Shown here in pieces: positions 42,351 to 55,945 of a stretch of DNA of 64,000 nucleotides (position 1 is its first letter; each line of letters opens with the position of its first letter). The notes beneath the pieces were generated by a model. It was not told the DNA's origin. It made no database searches and was given only the letters and a program-made list of their open reading frames with translations. The DNA is taken from NCBI RefSeq assembly GCF_009914755.1, contig NC_060937.1; one strand, given 5' to 3'. Both the position numbers and the translations under genes were made by a program. This DNA is from the human T2T-CHM13v2.0 reference genome, Homo sapiens.

Positions 42351-42840
42351 GTCATGGCATTCTCCAGTTCCAAGTCACGTGGTGGTGCCGCTCTCTAAGG
42401 CTGCAGGTAAGTTGGTGATCACCTCATCCTGTGACAGTGTCACATCCTCTCTGACTGCTTCTGCCCTTCACACTTTTTGGGAACCATTTCCTCAAAGAAA
42501 CTCAAGCCATAATAAAACTTGGTTTTAAAAAACCAGCCTCTTTTCTTGCAGTAAATTTGAACTGTCATTTGCACACTTAGTAAAAACACCCTACAGACTG
42601 GGTTAATAGCAGAGAGAGGGGTCCTGGTGCTGTAAACCAAGGCTTGGCAGTTTTCTGTAAAAAGCTAGACAGTAACTATCTTGTGGGGGCTGGGGTGGGG
42701 CAGACCTCTGTCACAATTATTCTGCCGTTGTTGTGCGACAGCAGCCAGAGTTGGCATGTACAAACTAGGCATAGCTGTTTTCTAGTCAGACATTACTGAT
42801 GCTGCCTTTTTCTCCCGATTATAGTAGCTATGTGTGTAGA

Positions 42841-42923
42841 CAGGTTGAGCATCTCAAATATGAAAATCCAAAATCTGAAACGCTCCTGGTCCCAAGCATT
42901 TCAGATGAGGGATGCTCAACCTG
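42841..42923. mobile_element. 83-bp internally deleted Tigger4/MER46 MITE
   Basis: TIRs caggttgagcatc ... gatgctcaacctg. Confidence 0.8.
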
Positions 42924-45678
42924 TGTATAGAAATAAAAACTGCAGAAAAGTATATGAAAAAACCATTCCACTTGTATCATTAATAAGTTACCTTTATTAA
43001 CGTGTTGCTGTATTTCCTTCCAGCATTTTTTAATGCCATTTGCTCACTCTCAACCCACACCTTTTTTCTTTTCACAGAGTTGGTGTCAGAGTGCACACAG
43101 ATCCTGCCAGTTACCTCCCCCAGAGCATGTTGCGTTTCTGGGCAGAAACAGCCTAGCCATGGTTGGGGTGGAATGCATACTGCCTGGGAGGGCTGGCCGG
43201 TCTCAGAGCCTGGCAGCCTGGAGGGGTGGTGTGCTTGGCTAGCTTGTCTTGATATTTTGCCCCCTTTTAAAGTCTTCCAGTCACTTTTATCTTCACAGAG
43301 TAGCAGGGTCATACTGGGGAGTCAGAACCAGGAAAATTACCAGGAGTTTGACCAATTCCAGGCCTCTGTGTCTGTCTTGGGAGGATGCTCCACCTTCGTA
43401 CCTACTTTGTGGCATCAGTTGGAGATGCTCTGTAGCGTAAGCTCAGCCCCAGGATGTGGAGGGACAGGGCAGAGTGCTCACTGGGGACACAGTGTATTCA
43501 CTGATTGGAAGCCTGTGAAATTTCATCCACGGATTGCTTTCCCAGGAGGTTGGCAATTTGGAAAGCACATTTTGGATGTGCTGTTAGGGTCAGCTTTAAG
43601 TCGGCTTGTGTTTCATGGCTGCCAAGTGAGCATGGAGACCACTGCCTCTCCCCACATTGAATGGAGATGTCTCGTGTTTGAGGATGTCATTTGCTACCTG
43701 CAGCACCTGGTCTTGGAGGGTTGGGAGGTCAGGGGGTGGGTGGGGTGTGCCCGTGAGACAGGTGCGGGTGTCTGTAGAGGGATGTGGGTGTCATTCAGTT
43801 TTATCAGGCTGCTTAACTGCTTGTGGTGGTGTTTGCATTGCACTGACTGGGTCAACTTGTGTAGTGATTACTATGATAAAAAATTTACTTAATTTTCAAG
43901 ACAAATTTGTGATCTCCGATTGGTATTAATAATTCATAAGGTAGATTTCCCTCCTTTGTCTGGCACCCAGCCCTCCCCCTGTACTATTCGGATAAGATTA
44001 ATGAAGCGCCTGAGGTAAACAAGGTAGAATCAGTGTTAGCTTATTTCAGTGTAAAAGGTTTGTTTTGAAAAAAGGAATGATATTTGCTGCTATTTAAAAT
44101 CTAGGTAATATTTTATAGAGACTGCTGAGATATTTTGGGATTGAGGATAATTAAAATTGGTTACTCTTATTTCTCAGAGCTTATACTCTAAGATCATTTA
44201 CTGATTTTTACATTTAACCACACTGTTAAAATGTCCAGACGGCAGTGCCTGTGGAATCCCTCTGTTGGCACCTGTTGTGTATTGGCATCTTCATGTCTTC
44301 CGAATTCTTCAAGGCTTTTTTCTCCCCCTTTGGTCCTTGACAGATTTCTGCCCACCCAGCAAGGAAGAGGCCATCTTGCTGTCTTCTGTCATCTCCTTGT
44401 CTGTCTCCCTTTCTTGCTCTTCCTTCACCTTTCTCGCAGTCTTGCTCTTGCATTTTATGACTTCCTGGTCATTACAAGGAGCTGGGAAATGCCATGCATT
44501 ATCTGGGCATACGTGGCTTAGTTCACTAAGTTTTCCTGTAGTGCTATTTTGAGTTCATTGTCTTGCCTTAGTTAAAGTAGACATCTGGAGGGCCACTTTG
44601 CTCCAGCTTTGTGAAAACACACCTTCTGGGTTTGCCCTGCTCTGTGTCCACACCCCGTGCCTCAGCTGTGCTAGCGGTCTGGTCCATCTGTACGCTGGGG
44701 GTCGTAAGCAGAAAGGAGAGGAAACACCGGGAGGTCCTTGCAGCTCCCAGGAAGCAGTTTGCTGATAACTCAGCTAGGCGTGCGAGGACTAGAAGTTGCT
44801 GACAGTCCTCGGGTTGGTTTTGTGCAGCACATGTGCTTGTGCGTGTCGGGTGAAACCTAAAAGCTCCATCTGTTGCCTGTGTCTCGGGATCTTGCTGTCT
44901 CCTCCTCAACCGTCCTCCTGTGTTGGGAGCATACAGCAGTGTGAATTTGACTCTTCCCTGTTTTAAGTTGAATTAAATTAGATTGTAGCCTTTCCACAAG
45001 GTAGATCTGCCTTCTGGGAGTGGGACGAGCTTCTCTAAATTGAATATTTGTTTGTGGTAAGCTGCTTATTTCTTTTCGTAATAGTTCACTGAAATAGCCA
45101 CTAAGGAGTTGATGGGATAATTCAGCAGCTGTGCACTGAGGGCCCCTGTGGGTCCCACACTGTCTTAGAAGCTCTAGAGTCAAGGCCCACACTTGTATGG
45201 TTCAGAATGTACAGAGGACAGACATGTTCACAACAGAATTCCTGGCGCTGATGGAAGCCATGAAGAAGACAGAGTGAGGGGAGAGTGAGGGAATGGGAGA
45301 GGGTGAGAGAGCAGGGCTGCCCTGTGAGACTCAAAGCCTGGGAGCACCTCTCTGGGGGCCCTCTCAGTCAGGGTGTTGCCATGTGAGTGTGGGGAAGGGC
45401 ACCCAGGCAGAAGAGTGCCTGGGCAAAGGCTCTGAGATGGAATTGAGCCTGCCTGCTGCAGGCTGGAGCCTGCAGTGGGGTGAGTGAGCTTTTGGGGGAA
45501 GGACTGGAGGCCCCAGGGGCGGGCCTCCTAAGCTGCTGGCTCCTCACTGGGCGTCCTCTGCTCCAGGCGCTTTGAAAGGTATTGCCTTGGACGTCCTCAT
45601 AGCAGCCCTGGGAGGTGGGACTGCCCACTTCTCTTTGTGGATAAGGAGACTGAGGCACAGGGGTTGAGTCTTTCTGAA

Positions 45679-46051
45679 TGTGTTAGTCTGTTCTCACACT
45701 GCTATAGAGAACTGTCTGAGACTGGGTAATTTATAAAGGAGAAAGGTTTAATTTACTCACAGTTAACACAGGGCTGGGGAGGTCCCAGGAAACTTAACAG
45801 TTGTGGCAAAAGGGGAAGCAAACACGTCCTTCTTTACATGGCGGCAGGAAGGAGAAATGCAGAGCGAAGGGCAGGGAAAAGCCCCTTATTAAACCATCAG
45901 ATCTTGTGAGAACTCACTGTCACGAGAAGAGCATGGAGGTAACTGCCCCATGATTCAATTACCTCCCACTGGGCCCTCCCATGACACGCAGGGTTTCTGG
46001 AAGTAGAAGTCAAGATAAAGAGTTGGTTGGGGACACAGCCAAACCCTATCA
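45679..46051 (-). mobile_element. THE1 solo LTR
   Basis: tgtgttagtctgttctcac...aaaccatcagatcttgtgagaact...ggggacacagccaaacc. Confidence 0.88.
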
Positions 46052-46662
46052 GCCACACAGGTAGTCTGTCACCAGCACCATGCTCTGCCTAGGACTCTGA
46101 GCCCCCTTCTGTAGGTTGATGGAAGTGTGGATTTTAGTCTAATGATGGCCAGAAGCTGCTGGAGGATTTTAAGCCTGATCTTTTACCCATAGAAAATACG
46201 ACCATTGCTGCTATGTGGAGAATGACTGTAGGTGAGCAAGATACTTTTTGATGTCAAATTGCAGTGTTTGAGGTGTGTAAGGCAGTTTCTGTTTCCTGAG
46301 AATTGTGCGTGATGTGCCTCTCCCCCTCTGGCATCTGGCTGCCATTTGTGTGGTGGATCTGGTTAGATGGCCGGCCCCTGGAACTTGTGTTTTGCTTCCT
46401 CCCCAGTTTCTTCCTAGGTCCCACTCTCTCCTTTCTCTTCACTGTGTGCTGTGCCCTGTGGGGTGACCCACGTAGCCCCTGCCTGCCACCTGTCACTGCC
46501 TAAACACCCTCCCTGGGAAGTTTCCCATCAGGTAGGGTCATGTCCAGGAGTGTAACCATGATGAGTGGGACCCCCGCGTGCGGACGTTTGTCCTCCTCTT
46601 GTCCCCCATCTGCTCTTGAGCTTTCCATTTCAGGCGTGTCACATGATCTGAGATGTCCTTAG

Positions 46663-47003
<341 letters not shown>

Positions 47004-48894
47004 TAAGTGGTGTGTATTCTGTGCTAGGCGTGGTTCCAGTGACTTCACCGAATTAACTCATTTAAACCTGTACCAGTGCTGAGGAAGCAGGCATCGCTTT
47101 GCGGGAGAAACGGAGGTATTGAGAGGCCTGGGAACTGGGCCAGGGCCACACAGCTGGTGCATTGTGGCCGGGGCTGAGGCTGGGCCTGTTGTGATGCACT
47201 TCCTGTCTCTGTGCCTGCGTGCATATTGAAGAAACACACATGATGTTGTGTTATCGTCCTTTTGTCCCTCTACTCTCAAAGGAGTCCACATTCTTCCTGT
47301 TGCAAACTGGTCAAGGCCCATTGGTCATTCTGGGAGCTGAGCTCAGGCGGGGTGTGAGATGTGCTATCAGTGGAGTCAGTGTGTTCTGAATGCGGCTGGA
47401 ATCTAAGGAGCAGGTCTGTGCTCACTGAGGAGGGGAGGGTCACACCCCCTGAGAATGTGTTCTCAGTATCCCTGAGCCGTGTTGGTGAGTTTGCAGGTTC
47501 TCACACGGTCCTGCTGGCAGTCCCATTAGGCACTGCTGCCCCGGTGCCACTTGTCTGGACTAGCTCAGCTGATGACGTTTGTCCTTGGGACTGTCACTGG
47601 GAAGGCCTCTCACTAGCCTCAGACAGAGTGGCCCAGACTGGGTAAAAGGCATGTCTTTCTGGGTATGAAATATGTGCTATCTTGAATATATTAGCTCACC
47701 TGCATTTTTCAACATGCTATTGAACAAGGATGTTTGATGTTGGCCAGATGGTGGGGAAAAAAGTGTTAAGAAGGGTATATGTTGTTATTTTCTAAAAGTC
47801 CTTGTGAAAAATGAAGCAGACAGTCATGACCAGTGAGTGGGAACAGTGAAGCTTGAACTCGCACGCAGTGTGGTCCCGAGAACCCTGGAATAGCTCACCT
47901 CCTCTTCTCCATGCGCAGGGAATTCTGTGTTCACTCAGTGCCTGTCCTTTGACCTCCTTCCTCTCTCCTAAACTTCCTGTTTCTCAGCTTGACTGAGGCT
48001 AGTAAAGCAGGGTTCTTTGATCATCTTTTAGTCATTGCTTTTCTATTTTCATTTAAAAATAAAGCAAGAAAATGCCAGCTGATCTTGTAGGGATGGGAAG
48101 TCCTCCTCTCTCTTTTTCTTGACAGGCGCTTGCCCTGAAGCACTCTGAGTTCCTGAGGAGTTCCCTTATGTCCTGGGAACCAGCGAGAGAACAGGTTCCC
48201 AGTGAGTAATTACAAAAACACAAAACCCTGAGTTCTTTTCAGACCATATTTAGATGTGCAGTCTACATTTAATGTGTTTTTAAAAATAGCATTCTTATCC
48301 AAAATATGTGTTTTTGGCCAGATTTTTGTCAGTTTACCTTGTATGTTTTCTGTGATAGTTTAGAGAAAGGGAGTGGTCTTCAGTTCAGAGGTGATACAGT
48401 ATTCAGATGGAATGTTCACTCTTGCCCTTTAGGGAAGGTTTCAAGGTTAGATTGGGTGGTATCCACTTGGGATTCTGAGTATGCGAGTGTTTTTAAAAAA
48501 TGCTGACCCCAGCATCTCTCTGGAGAGTTTCTGACTGAGTTAGCTTGGTACTTAGTGCTGTCCAGCTGGGCATGGTGAGGAGTGCCAGCCATCTGTCAGG
48601 GAGGCAGCTGCCGGTACCCACCCAGCTTGGAAAAGGCAGGGAGGAAGCCACACTTTTCTCTAACTGTCTCGTTGTAGAATGGGCCAGCCCAGCTATGCTG
48701 AGAGTTTGAGGGGAAGATTAGTGTGGCAGTGACTGAGATCTTTAAGAAATGTCGGGCCGGTCAGAAGGATTGTTCATGTGGGTGTTTATTTGCACGAAAG
48801 CCCCACAGATGATGAGTGAAATGCTTTATTTTCCTCCTAGGCTACGGATGGTGAGCGGATGCTAGAGAGAGCCACTTAATGTGCCGTCCCCCCC

Positions 48895-50010
<1,116 letters not shown>

Positions 50011-50429
50011 TTCAGGTGGTTCTCAGGCCCTTTGATTTGAGGCTTTCTTTAGGGCCTCAGGCTCCTGTTGGCACTGGAGGGTGGTGGTGGGCATCTAAGC
50101 CCGCAAGTTGTGGGATGTGGGAGAGGAGAAAATGTTACTTTGCTTTCAAGAATCCAAAGATTCTATAACATTTGTGAACTTAGTCATTTACTTCTGAGGT
50201 CTGTTTTACTTCCCTTACGAGCTTTTCATTACCAAGCAAAAAATCAGTCTTTGACTCAGACTGAAGCCATGAACTGAATTTTATCCATGTGAGCTTCAGG
50301 AGTGAATAGAAGGAAGTTGATTGACAGGGAAGGAACACATACAGATAGGATATTTTCCATTTTATGAGAAGTAACGGTGGAAATACAGAAGAGGTAGAAA
50401 TGTAAGATTCTTTAAAACATGCATGACAA

Positions 50430-50630
50430 CAGCTTAGTAGTAACAGCTGCTGCTTCCAGAGGAGCTTCTCAGTACCAGAAGCCCCAGAAGGCTGTGTTGT
50501 AAGGCAGAGATAGTGATCACACTACAGGAAGGAGAAGCTGAGATGTAGAGAGGTTAAGGAAGATGCCCAGTGTCTAACATTTACTAGGTGGCAAAGTTGG
50601 TATTTGAATCCAGGTTTATGGTGATTTCAG
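50430..50630 (-). mobile_element. MIR
   Basis: gaagctgagatgtagagaggttaag...gtatttgaatccagg. Confidence 0.6.
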
Positions 50631-52009
50631 AACTTCCAAATTGAGAATTAAAGATCAGCTCCAACAAGAGAATGAGAGCAGTACAGTTGGTGGAAGATTA
50701 TAGACACCTGGAAATTTAATCTTTATGGGGAACTATATACTGTAGTGTCCATAATGTTCTGCATTTTGAATTTTTAATACGTGTGTTTATATAGATAATA
50801 TACATAATCTGCATCATGCAACTGGAAGGACATTTAAGATTTAAGATGTCTGATTGCAAAAATGTTAGTGTTCAAAATGCCCCCCATCATTCTGGGCATG
50901 ATGTGTAACTCAGTGAAGGCCGTTGAGTGTAGTGAAAGACTTACTACTTGGAAAATAAATTGGAGCAGGTGAATGGCCACTTTAAAATTTGAGTAGCTCC
51001 TGTCCCTGTTGTATTTGCTAATTGTTTATCTCTTAGTGGTGAATTTATTCAAAATTCAAACTTCAACAACTTTATGGATTCTGTGTGTATTGGTTACATT
51101 GTGAAATACATTTTTTAGTGTGGATCATGGTCAAGAGTTTGAACATTGATCACATGGGGGTCTTAGAAGGATCAGGACAAGGGAACTTTGGAATTGGTAA
51201 ATTTGGGTATTAAGGGTTTCAAGTTGTCCCAACTTCAAATTTTACATCCCTTTGCTGAGAGAAGACCTGGAAACCTACTTTTGTCTTGTTTATGGCAGTT
51301 GATTGGAATCTTAGTTTAGAACTGGCCCCTGGAAGAGGTGGAGGTCATTTTGTAGGACTTGGAGCATGCCCAGAAAGAGATGGGACAAAGTCATGAGATC
51401 CTTTGACTGGGGCATTTCTTGGATAGATCATGTTTTTTTTAAACAACAACAACAACTGGGGAGCATAGTCTGGATTTCATTGTGGTGGAGAACTTGGAGT
51501 ATTTCTCCAGGTGCTGTTCATCAGTTTGCACTCGGTTCTGAGGAAGTGTCTTGAGCTGGGTGCCTTGCCCTGAGGGAGTATAGAGGTGAACAAGATATCT
51601 GTGCCCTGAGGCATCATGGAACAGTGCACTGAAGTGGAAGGAACCCATGTAACCTGAATAGGGGGCAGCAGCTGTAAATGCTTCAAGAGAGGCGCAGCTG
51701 TCATGGGGTTGGGACTCAGAGAGGGGAAGAAACATTCCAGGTGGAAACAGGAAAGAGCTTCAGGTAGGAAGCGACCTTTGAAAGGGCAGAGGGGCCAGAC
51801 ATCATGCAGGTAATGCTGCTGCTTGGTTGGCCTGTGAGCTTTTCAGGTTGATGTGTTGAACTGAACCAACAAAGCGTTGTGGATTTGGTGAGCTGTCCTA
51901 AATGTGGAGTCAGGGGAAATGTGAAAAGCCTGCAGCATTGTGCATCTTGACTGCTAGGGGATGGAATAACTTGAACCTGATGTTTGTTCAGAGGAAGCTG
52001 GGAGGGTTT

Positions 52010-52637
52010 TATTCACAAGAGTGGCCTTAATTCACAAGAATTGGAGACCAGGAGGGTGAGAACACCGCCGTTCTGGATCGCAGCAGTCTCGTTGATCTTC
52101 ACGGTGTCGAGCGTGCTGGTGTGCCGCCTCCATACGACAGGTCCCTGTTCGCCGGAGGGTTCAGGACTTCCTTGGGAAGCATTTCTGAGACTCTTTTCCT
52201 CTGTACCTAATGGAGCCCCCGTGTTCTCTGGCCAGCTTCCTTCCACGGGGTGCTGAGTTACTGCCCCGTGTGTCATACAGTGGACCTTCAAGCTGCCTTT
52301 GGTGGTAAAAGCTTGTCTGCATGTGTTGCATACAAAAGGCTTTTCTCCAGTGTGACTCCATCCGCCTTTAAATCTGAGGAGCCGGAGAGGATGAGAAGGT
52401 CTTCCCACACCTTGTGCATCTCTGTTGCTTGGCTGTGGGCATGGCTGGGCCTCTTAACAATGGTGTCATGCCCAGGGGTGGGGGGAACGTGGCCTGGGGT
52501 CTGACGAATACCAGGAACTTCAGCTTTGATGGAGTTGGCTGGGCTCTGATAAACTTGGAGACTGCTCCCACCTTCCATCTCAGCGTGGCCGCTCTCAGCT
52601 CTGCCCCTGCCATCGGGAGACTTGGACTAGATGTTTA
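52010..52637 (-). pseudogene. SALL4P4: SALL4 processed pseudogene fragment (C-terminal C2H2 zinc-finger pair); probably SALL4P4
   Basis: Frameshifted peptides SKSPD..EMEGGSSL..IKAEVPG..GMTPLL..KQQRCTRCGKTFSS..QI..HTGEKPFVCNTCRQAFTTKGSLKVH.MTHG..RGRKLA..VVW..KINE..IQNGGV match the SALL4 C-terminus with no introns; the P4 number is from recall. Confidence 0.8.
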
Positions 52638-52688
52638 GAAAGCAGTTTTAGGGTTCAGAGAAATTGGGCCTAGCATCTGTGGGCTCAT

Positions 52689-53042
52689 ACAGATATGGTT
52701 CGTCATCTCCAGTGGTTCAACTTACATGTTTTTTTGACTTTGCCATGGTGCAAAAGCAATGCACATTCAGTAGAAACAGTGCTTCGAGTACCCATACAGC
52801 CAGTTTTTCAGTATTCAGTACGTCACATGAGCTATTCAACGCTGTGTTATAAAATATGCTCTTGTGTGAGATGATTTTGCCCAACTGTAAGCTAATATGA
52901 GTGTTCTGAGCAAACTTAAGGTAGCTAGGCTGAGCTGTGATGTTGTGTAGGTTAGGTGTATCAAATGTATTTTCAACTTCACGATGTTTTTCAGTTTACA
53001 GTGGGTTTAACAGGATGTACCCCATTGTGAGTTGAGCATCTG
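52689..53042. mobile_element. MER47/Tigger5-type MITE
   Basis: gatgattttgcccaactgtaagctaat...gtaggttaggtgtat; ends gagcatctg. Confidence 0.75.
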
Positions 53043-53922
53043 GGTGGCCCTACAAGGTAGAACCAAGGTGTAAATAGTCAAGAGTTAGAGGAAGGCAGAT
53101 TACTAGCAGTCACATTGCACACACGCTATGTCATTGTACTCGTGCTAGCAAGTTTTGTTAAATGGCGCTTATTTTGAAATACATATGCAGTGGACATGTA
53201 CTGGGAGTTAGAAATTAAGTGCAGAAGGCAGACAGCTATAGCATTCTATAGCATTTGGATGGGAGTATTGGCACCTTTTTTTTTTTTAAACAAAAATGTT
53301 CTCAGTGAAAATGTGGTTATAAGCTTATTTTTTTCTATTTCTCTCAGAAGCTGTCTGGCAAATGTTTTGATTCTTTGGATGTTTTTTGATGGGGTCTACC
53401 CTCAGGTCTCACACCTCCGGCATCATCTGTGGCTTCGTCTTTTCTAATCAAACCTCCTTTGAACTTTTCATGTTGTCTGCTGAAAGTTACATTTGCATAG
53501 CATCAAATAGTGCATAAACTACATGTACATTGTCATTTTATCAATTATTATAAAGTCCTGTGGATTTTTACCTATAAACCCTCTTCTAATCCATTTCTTC
53601 TCTTCCCCATTATGGCCTCTTTATGAGGGAGGGAATTTAATATACTTGCTCTGTCTCTCACCTTCCCCACAGCCCCTCTAAATCCCAATTTTTGCTAATT
53701 GTACCGGTTTTATAATTTTCAATTTTTTAGTAGTCACCTTTTAACTGTATTTCTAGTATTTCTTGACTTGTCATCTTAGACTTCTCTCCTGTGTAAAAGA
53801 TGAGGAGCTCTGTAAGTCTCCACCAGGACTTGTGGGGAAGGGTTGACGGGGGTCACTTGCTTATGGCCGGGTGCGGGTGGGACTGCATTTTTTAACCCTC
53901 TCTGTGTGGTTGGGGTAGGATG

Positions 53923-54273
53923 GTGTTATGGTGTGACTCTGTCCCCACCCAAATCTCACCTTGAATTATAATAATCCCCACCTGTCAAGGGCGGGACCAG
54001 GTGGAGATAATTGAATCACGGGTTGGTTTCCCCGCCGTTCTCATGATCGTGAATTAGTTCTCACGAGATCTGATGGTTTTATAAGGGGCTTCCCCTGCTT
54101 TGCCTGGCACTCATTCTCTCTCGTTGTCCTGTGAAGAGGTGCCTTTTGCCGTGATTGTAAGTTCCCTGAGGCCTCCCCAGCTATGTGTAACTGTGAGCCA
54201 GTTAAACCTCTTTTCTTTATAAATTACCCAGCCTTGGGTATTTCTTCATAGCAGCGTGAGAACGGACTAATAC
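53923..54273 (+). mobile_element. THE1 solo LTR
   Basis: gtccccacccaaatctcaccttgaatt...gaacggactaataca. Confidence 0.9.
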
Positions 54274-54992
54274 AGATGGTTATTGTTGAAGTTTTTTGAC
54301 CTACTAGGCTGCCCTGTCCTGGTCCTTTGGCTAGAGAGGATAGGTCTTTCTTGAGGCTTTTCTTCTGTACCTGTTGGTGTTTCTGGGTTGCTGGCTTGTT
54401 TAGCACTCAGTTTGGAGCATTTGAGGCAAAAAGAAAACCCAGAGAACCCGCTGGCATGGTTCCCAGCCCTGAAACCCTTAGCCGGTCTGCCTCCTCTCTC
54501 ACATTCTGAGGCTGACGTTTGTTTTATAGGCAGCATCCAGGGCTTTTAGCTGCATTCAGCTGGAGGGAGGGGGAGATGTGTCTTCTCCATCTTTTTGGGA
54601 GTCATAGGTCAGTTCTCTTTGTGCTATGCTGTTATTTCCTATCAGGTGTGGCCTTGATGGGTTCTTCCTGTTTGTGAATAAAAGCCCAGTTGACTGGCAT
54701 CAGAGCGGAGGGGACTGTGCAGTCCTGTGTGTGGGTTACCGGCCCCGTGGGCTTCACTGTGCGGGTTGTGTGTCTGGGAGCAGGTGGGGAGAACCGGATG
54801 GAGGGCTCTAGAAGCAGCTACACGAGCAGAGCTGAGGGAGACACTTTCTCTGCACCTGTTTCCTGTGTCACACTTCAGATGGGGGATAGTCCAGGCTGGT
54901 GGTGGAGCTCCCAGGGGATTTCGCTTCTGGGTAGAATTGTCATTTTTTTTTTTCCTCAGAGACTGTTGTGTGGGCCTAGTGGTGCATCAGGT

Positions 54993-55103
54993 TCCGGTTA
55001 GAATCCAGTGCAGGCCGCAGGCTTCTCTTTAATTAGAGAGGGTCACTTCACCTCCGGTTAGAATCCAGTGCAGGCAGCAGCTTCTTTTTAATTAGAGAGG
55101 GGT
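54993..55103. repeat. ~59-bp tandem duplication
   Basis: tccggttagaatccagtgcaggc..ttaattagagaggg x2. Confidence 0.88.
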
Positions 55104-55890
55104 CTGGGTGCTGAGCTTCCCATCAGGAAGAAGGGGCTGTCGTGCTGAAGTCCTGAGGTGGGTCACGTGTCCCTTCCTGTGTTAGAAAACCGTCTTTGGT
55201 GCTCCTGGGGCTCCCTTACAAGTGCTGTTCTGAACTGTTAGGTCATTCAGAGTCCATCTGCGTCCTGTCCCCAGGGATCTCCTCAAACCCTGTTTAGACT
55301 GCTCATAGCCTTTCCCTTTTTAGCACTACAGCGGGTTCTTTCTCTGTTAATTTTTTGAAGCTTTTTCTTTCTCTCATTTCGGTGGCACCTTGGGAGGGAT
55401 GGGAGTTAGATAGGTGTTTGCAGTGGGCCATCTTGAGAAACTTCTCAAAACTGGAGTCTTGTAACTGCTTGCATTTTGAAGTTAATGGAATGGGCGCATT
55501 GCCTTTATAGCTGTAAATGTTACTGCTTCACTTACTGTTAGCCCAAGCCAGTGTGTTGCATCTGCCCAGATCCTTCTTTGTGGTATGTGCTCACTTTCTG
55601 GCGACAGCCAGGCTGTTCTTTGCAGGCATGTGCTCCTAGCAGTCGAAGACAGAAGTTTGGGGGCCTGTGTAGGCTGTATGGGCTGCTGTGTGTGTGTACG
55701 TGGTGAGTTGTGTCTGAGACCACCCCTCCTCCCCTGGGTGCTGCCTGATCTGCCTGCATGACCGCTGTGGGACACCACTGTCTCTGGTGTCCTTTCCTGG
55801 CTGGCAGTGTGGTGGTGTGGGCAAAGCCAGGCTGGTGGGCTCCGATCTTGGTTCTGCCTTTGTAAGCTTTGTCACACTGTCTTTTGGGAG

Positions 55891-55893
<3 letters not shown>

Positions 55894-55941
<48 letters not shown>
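55894..55941. repeat. (GT)n microsatellite
   Basis: About 24 perfect GT units. Confidence 0.97.

Positions 55942-55945
<4 letters not shown>

Noticed and set aside
52013-52613. Functional zinc-finger gene
   Set aside because: SALL4 homology switches frame several times and the first finger lacks its His ligands
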